Below are positions 25,942 through 30,270 of a stretch of 30,270 nucleotides of DNA, piece by piece; positions within the stretch are counted from its first letter, which is position 1; each line of letters begins with the position of its first letter. Source of the DNA: Ilumatobacteraceae bacterium (GTDB taxonomy: Bacteria > Actinomycetota > Acidimicrobiia > Acidimicrobiales > Ilumatobacteraceae); assembly GCA_049444115.1 (NCBI GenBank), contig JBMTPW010000001.1, positions 1 to 30,270 of the forward strand. The letters are read 5' to 3'. A model generated the notes under the pieces. That model had not been told where the DNA came from, did no database searches, and was given only the letters and a program-made list of their open reading frames with translations. The translations under genes were made by a program, and so were the position numbers.

Positions 25942-26601
25942 ATGACCATCGACCGTGCCGCTGCCGACAAGTTGCTCACCACCACTCGTTCGGTGCGCAA
26001 ACGCCTCGATCTCGATCGATCGGTCGATCCAGCGGTGGTGCAGGAGTGCATCGAAATCGCCCTGCAGGCTCCGACAGGAACGAATGCACAGAACTGGGCC
26101 TTCGTCGTGGTGACCGACGCCGCCAAACGTCGAGCCATCGCTGATGCCTACCGGCGCGGTATGGAGACCATGACCGGCTCGGGGTATCCGCCACCGCTCC
26201 CTCCTGGCGATCCGCGCGAACACGTGATGCCCAAGGTGATGGAATCGGCGGGCTACCTGAGTGAGGTGTTGGAACGCGTGCCGGTGCACGTCATCCCCTG
26301 CGTCCAGGGACGCGTGGAGGCCGTTCCGATGGTGGTGGCCCAGGCGAGTACCTACGGATCGATTCTTCCGGCGGCCTGGAGTTTCATGCTGGCTCTACGG
26401 GCCCGTGGGCTCGGGACGGCCTGGACCACCATCCATCTGTTCCATGAACAGGAGATCGCTCGACTGCTGGGCATCCCCGATGGGTGGACGCAAACCGCAC
26501 TCTTCCCTGTGGCGTATTACACCGGCGACGACTTCAAGCCAGCTCATCGTTTGCCGGCAACCCAGATGACGCACTGGGACGCCTGGGGAACCCATCGTTG
26601 A
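25942..26601 (+). CDS. Nitroreductase family protein
   Basis: 'TTRSVRKRL', 'QAPTGTNAQNWAF', 'LRARGLGTAWTT'. Confidence 0.93.
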   Translation: MTIDRAAADKLLTTTRSVRKRLDLDRSVDPAVVQECIEIALQAPTGTNAQNWAFVVVTDAAKRRAIADAYRRGMETMTGSGYPPPLPPGDPREHVMPKVMESAGYLSEVLERVPVHVIPCVQGRVEAVPMVVAQASTYGSILPAAWSFMLALRARGLGTAWTTIHLFHEQEIARLLGIPDGWTQTALFPVAYYTGDDFKPAHRLPATQMTHWDAWGTHR

Positions 26602-26939
26602 GCATTCGCGTCGATCCCGATCACCTTGCCGAGCACGCCGATCTGCGCCCCTTCGCGTACATCGTGACCATTGGTCCGAACGATCCGACCTTCCGGGTGC
26701 ACGTGGTGGCGGCGACCGTCACCGTGCGTGGGGCGAACGTGAGTTGCGAGCGCGTCGGCAATTCCACCCGACGGAACATCGAAGCCAATTCCTCGGTGAC
26801 CGTGGTGTGGCCGCCCGTTCCGAATGGTGAAGCGGGTTCCTACGACCACTACACGCTGATCGCCGACGGGTGGGGATCGGTTCGCGGCGACTCGGTCGAC
26901 GTGAGCATCGACGCCGCGATTCTCCACCGACCGGCTTGA
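26598..26939 (+). CDS. Small split-barrel (PNPOx-like) hypothetical protein
   Basis: TTG start overlaps the nitroreductase stop (TTGA). 'FAYIVTIG...HVVA...STRRNI...VTVVWPP...YTLIADG...AILHRP'. Confidence 0.7.
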   Translation: MSIRVDPDHLAEHADLRPFAYIVTIGPNDPTFRVHVVAATVTVRGANVSCERVGNSTRRNIEANSSVTVVWPPVPNGEAGSYDHYTLIADGWGSVRGDSVDVSIDAAILHRPA

Positions 26940-26950
26940 ACGGTCACCAG

Positions 26951-27856
26951 TCAAGCGGCCGTCAACACCTCGGCGATCCGTGACATCGACCAGGCGTTGA
27001 TGGGATTGACCACCAAGATGGCCTCGTCGGCGCCAGCGTCGGCCAAACCGCGCAGGTGATCGGCCAGATCGTCGAGCGAGATACCGGCCACCTCTGCGGC
27101 GGAGATCCGTTCGGTCGCGGCGGGATCAGCAATCAGGAACACGCAGGCACTGCGATGGACGGCGTCGGAAGATCGTCCGCTGGCCTCGACTCGGGCCGAG
27201 ATGGTCTCGTTCAGTCGGGCGAATCCAGCGACGGTGTTGCCGTACCAGTCGTACCAGGTGTTCCACCAGTGCACATGGGGCAGAGCAGTTTCCAGCACAC
27301 GGTCACCGGTCGAGCCGACCATCAAAGTCACCGGCTGAAGCGGTGGCGGCAGGACGACCGCGTCGTCGAGATCGTGGAACCGTCCATGCAACGTGCAGCG
27401 TTCACCGGCGGTGAGCTTGCGAATTGCGGTGAACGCCTCTTCGAATCGTGAAGCTCGATGGTCGAAGGGAATGCCGAAGGCGCGGAACTCTGGTTCGTTC
27501 CAGCCTGCTCCGAGGCCGAGAATCAATCGGCCGCCGCTGATCTCGTCGATCGTGGAGGCCATCTTGGCGATGATTCCCGGAGGATGAAACGCAGTGCAGG
27601 CCACCAGAGGACCGAAGGCCACGCGGTTGGTCACCGCCGCAATCGCGGCCAAGAGGGTCCAGGCTTCCTGGGGGCCGCGTTCGGGGCGGTCATCGCCCCG
27701 GTAGAGGAGGTGGTCTCCCACCCAGACCGAGTCGAAACCGAGGTCCTCGGCCCGTCGAGCCAAGTCCAGGTACTCCGGCCAGCGCACGGTTCGTTCGACC
27801 TCGGGAAGTTGAATTCCCAGGCGCAAGTGCGGAGACGGTGACAGCGATGACGGCAC
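26951..27856 (-). CDS. LLM class flavin/F420-dependent oxidoreductase
   Basis: 'GFDSVWVGDHL', 'STIDEISGGRLILGLGAGWNEPEF'. Start refined to GTG 27856, with TACACT 6 nt upstream. Confidence 0.92.
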   Translation of the reverse strand: MPSSLSPSPHLRLGIQLPEVERTVRWPEYLDLARRAEDLGFDSVWVGDHLLYRGDDRPERGPQEAWTLLAAIAAVTNRVAFGPLVACTAFHPPGIIAKMASTIDEISGGRLILGLGAGWNEPEFRAFGIPFDHRASRFEEAFTAIRKLTAGERCTLHGRFHDLDDAVVLPPPLQPVTLMVGSTGDRVLETALPHVHWWNTWYDWYGNTVAGFARLNETISARVEASGRSSDAVHRSACVFLIADPAATERISAAEVAGISLDDLADHLRGLADAGADEAILVVNPINAWSMSRIAEVLTAA

Positions 27857-27914
27857 CGGGGAAGTGTAGGAGGCCGAAGAGTGCGGGCGATGATGCACCG
27901 TCTACGGTTGGGGC

Positions 27915-29009
27915 ATGAGCCAAGGGGGGCAGACGGTCGACATCCGCAGTGATCCGCGCCAGATCGACACAGCTTGGATGAATGCCGTTCTCGATCAGGC
28001 AGGAGTGAATGCCGGTGCCACGGTGACCTCGTGCAATTTCGAGGGTTTCGTCGGAACGGGACAGACTGGTTGCAACGCCCGTTTCTCGCTCACGTGGGAC
28101 GATTCCCGCGGTCGTCCGGCCACGGTCATGGGCAAATTCCCCTCACAGGATCAGACGGCGCGCACCACTGGATTCGCCGGCGGTGCCTACGTGACCGAAT
28201 GGAACTTCTACAGCCGTATCGCCCCCACGGTGAAGGTGCGAGCGCCGCGTTGTTATCACGCAGCTCTCGACCTGGAGGCTGAGGGGTTCTGTTTGATCAT
28301 GGAGGACTTGAGCGGCTCCCAGCAGGGAGACCAGTTCGTCGGACTCACCATGCAGGAGGCCGAGTTGGCCATCGACCAGGCGGTACTGCTCCACGCGCCA
28401 CGCTGGGGTGATCCGTCGCTTTCCGAGATGTCCGCTCAACCATCGACGCAGGCCGAACGATCCGAACGCCTGCAACTGATCTATTCGATGTTGCTTCCCG
28501 CATTTCTCGACCGCCTCGGAGATCGTCTCGATGCTCCGATCGCCCAGATCGTTCGCGACTTCGAGCGGCATGTCGCCACTTGGGCTCTGGGTACGGGATC
28601 ACCGCTCACGGTGGTCCACTACGACTTCCGACCCGACAATTTTCTCTTCGCTCGTTCCCCCGACGCTCCACCGCTCGTGGTGGTGGATTGGCAAACGGCC
28701 AACGAGGGTCTCGGCATGGTGGACGTGGCCTACATGATCGCCGGCAGTTTCACCCCGGAACGACGTCGAGACGTGGAGGGTCAACTCGTCGACTCGTACA
28801 TGCACAAGATTCGGGCAGCCGGAGTGGAATACGACAACGAGACCGGATGGCGAGATTACCGATTCGGATCGCTCTGGGGATTGATCATCACCGTTCTGGC
28901 GACATCGATGGCGGCACGAACCGAGCGTGGAGACGACCTGTTCGTGATGATGGCGACACAACACGGGTATCAGGCGTTGGATCACCAAGCGCTGGACTTG
29001 GTGACCTGA
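27915..29009 (+). CDS. EcKinase/APH-like phosphotransferase
   Basis: 'GTGQTG', 'GKFP', 'EWNFY', 'LIMEDL', Brenner-type 'HYDFRPDN', 'VDWQ'. TACGGT lies 6 nt upstream of the ATG. Confidence 0.92.
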   Translation: MSQGGQTVDIRSDPRQIDTAWMNAVLDQAGVNAGATVTSCNFEGFVGTGQTGCNARFSLTWDDSRGRPATVMGKFPSQDQTARTTGFAGGAYVTEWNFYSRIAPTVKVRAPRCYHAALDLEAEGFCLIMEDLSGSQQGDQFVGLTMQEAELAIDQAVLLHAPRWGDPSLSEMSAQPSTQAERSERLQLIYSMLLPAFLDRLGDRLDAPIAQIVRDFERHVATWALGTGSPLTVVHYDFRPDNFLFARSPDAPPLVVVDWQTANEGLGMVDVAYMIAGSFTPERRRDVEGQLVDSYMHKIRAAGVEYDNETGWRDYRFGSLWGLIITVLATSMAARTERGDDLFVMMATQHGYQALDHQALDLVT

Positions 29010-29024
29010 AGTAGTGGGGAAAAC

Positions 29025-30270
29025 ATGACCGAGCAACGTGCATCGTCGTCGACGACCTTTGATCCCGACGCTCTCCGAGAGAAATACCGGTTGGAACGCG
29101 ACAAACGTCTGCGTGAAGATGGGAACGCGCAGTACATCGAAGTCTCCGGTGGGTACACGCGGTATCTGGAAGACCCTTACGTGGCCCCTGTTCATCGTGC
29201 TCCTCTGCTCGATGAAGTGGAGGTCGTGGTGATCGGTGGCGGTTTCGGCGGTCTCTTGGCCGGTGCCCGCCTGCGTCAGGCAGGTGTGACCGATCTGCGC
29301 ATGATCGAGAAGGGGGGCGACTTCGGCGGCACCTGGTATTGGAATCGCTATCCGGGAGCGGCGTGCGATGTGGAGTCGTACATCTATCTGCCGTTGCTCG
29401 AGGAAATCGGATACGTCCCGACCGAGAAGTACTCCCATGCTCCAGAAATCCTGGCCCACAGCCAGGCCATCGCGCGTCACTTCGATCTCTATCGCAACGC
29501 CTGCCTGCAGACCGAGGTGACTGAAATCCGTTGGGAGGAAGGGGCCCGTCGTTGGATCATTTCCACCAACCGAGGCGATCGCATGCGAGCCCGCTTCGTG
29601 GTGATGGCGAACGGACCGCTGCATCGGCCCAAGCTTCCCGGCATCGAGGGCATCGATTCGTTCACGGGACACACGTTCCACACCAGTCGTTGGGACTACG
29701 ACTACACCGGTGGTGATTCCAGCGGGGGACTGGACAAGTTGCGTGACAAGCGAATCGGCATCATCGGCACCGGCGCCACGGCGGTGCAGTGCGTTCCTCA
29801 TCTCGGGTCGGCAGCCGAGGCGCTGTACGTGTTTCAACGAACGCCGTCGTCGATCGACGTCCGAAACAATCGTCCGACCGATCCCGAGTGGGCCAAGACG
29901 CTCCAGCCCGGCTGGCAGAAGGAGCGGATGGACAACTTCAATGCTCTCGTCAGTGGCGGGTTCGCCGAGGTGGATCTGGTCAATGACGGCTGGACCGACA
30001 TCATCGGCAATCTCCTCATCCGACTTCGTCAAGAGGCGAAACCGGATCTGTCGGCTGAAGGGTTGGCACGGAATCTCGAATTGGCCGACTTCGAGAAGAT
30101 GGAGCAGATTCGGGCGCGAGTGGAGGACATCGTGGCCGATCCGAGCACGGCTGAAGCCCTCAAGCCGTGGTATCGACAGTTCTGCAAGCGCCCGTGCTTC
30201 CATGACGAGTATCTCGACACGTTCAATCGACCCAACGTGCACCTCGTCGACACCGATGGTCGGGGAGTGG
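29025..30270 (+). CDS. Type I Baeyer-Villiger monooxygenase (CDMO/CPDMO/PtlE-like clade), truncated by the window end
   Basis: Hand translation gives '[14 protein letters not shown]', 'GGGFGG', '[15 protein letters not shown]', the fingerprint '[12 protein letters not shown]', 'GTGATA' and 'CKRPCFHD'. It is missing from the ORF track because it has no stop in the window. Confidence 0.95.
   Translation, partial: MTEQRASSSTTFDPDALREKYRLERDKRLREDGNAQYIEVSGGYTRYLEDPYVAPVHRAPLLDEVEVVVIGGGFGGLLAGARLRQAGVTDLRMIEKGGDFGGTWYWNRYPGAACDVESYIYLPLLEEIGYVPTEKYSHAPEILAHSQAIARHFDLYRNACLQTEVTEIRWEEGARRWIISTNRGDRMRARFVVMANGPLHRPKLPGIEGIDSFTGHTFHTSRWDYDYTGGDSSGGLDKLRDKRIGIIGTGATAVQCVPHLGSAAEALYVFQRTPSSIDVRNNRPTDPEWAKTLQPGWQKERMDNFNALVSGGFAEVDLVNDGWTDIIGNLLIRLRQEAKPDLSAEGLARNLELADFEKMEQIRARVEDIVADPSTAEALKPWYRQFCKRPCFHDEYLDTFNRPNVHLVDTDGRGV

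Noticed and set aside
28599-30242. 547-aa minus-strand ORF
   Set aside because: Antisense to the kinase and BVMO, which carry clear motifs on the plus strand.
1-30270. CRISPR arrays, tRNA/rRNA, riboswitches, IS elements, integrases, defence genes
   Set aside because: No regularly spaced repeats, RNA signatures or mobility/defence motifs were seen by eye. An Infernal/Rfam scan of the longer gaps (1875-2260, 4608-4759, 8165-8346, 11463-11607, 25289-25437) would be needed to exclude structured RNAs.

Overview
High-GC actinobacterial chromosome segment; Acidimicrobiia-like is an impression from gene style, not a proven assignment. It holds about 31 intact CDSs, one clearly broken methyltransferase, one possible GNAT remnant, and a Baeyer-Villiger monooxygenase that runs off the right end. 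I found no rRNA, tRNA, CRISPR array, transposase or integrase. Most genes encode accessory redox or catabolic enzymes: two TetR-linked units, a CrtR-like desaturase, amidase, acyl-CoA dehydrogenase, MOSC, two Fe/2OG dioxygenases, Zn-ADH, LLM, PPOX and nitroreductase flavoenzymes, a 1-Cys peroxiredoxin, MFS and ABC transporters, and an EcKinase-like kinase. Most notable observations: (1) an Fpg/Nei homolog whose sequence-supported start gives M-A-G instead of catalytic M-P-E; (2) about 8 kb enriched in nucleobase-damage functions (MOSC, MutT3-like Nudix, TauD-Tag-DUF4916, Nei-like); (3) a Nudix gene translationally coupled to an alcohol dehydrogenase; (4) a CocE/NonD hydrolase with Ala at the apparent triad Asp; (5) a -10 hexamer 6 nt upstream of about a dozen start codons (7 nt in one case), implying pervasive leaderless mRNAs; (6) several readable operator palindromes. 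Many starts were refined by hand from the ORF track. Family assignments rest on recalled motifs, not database searches.
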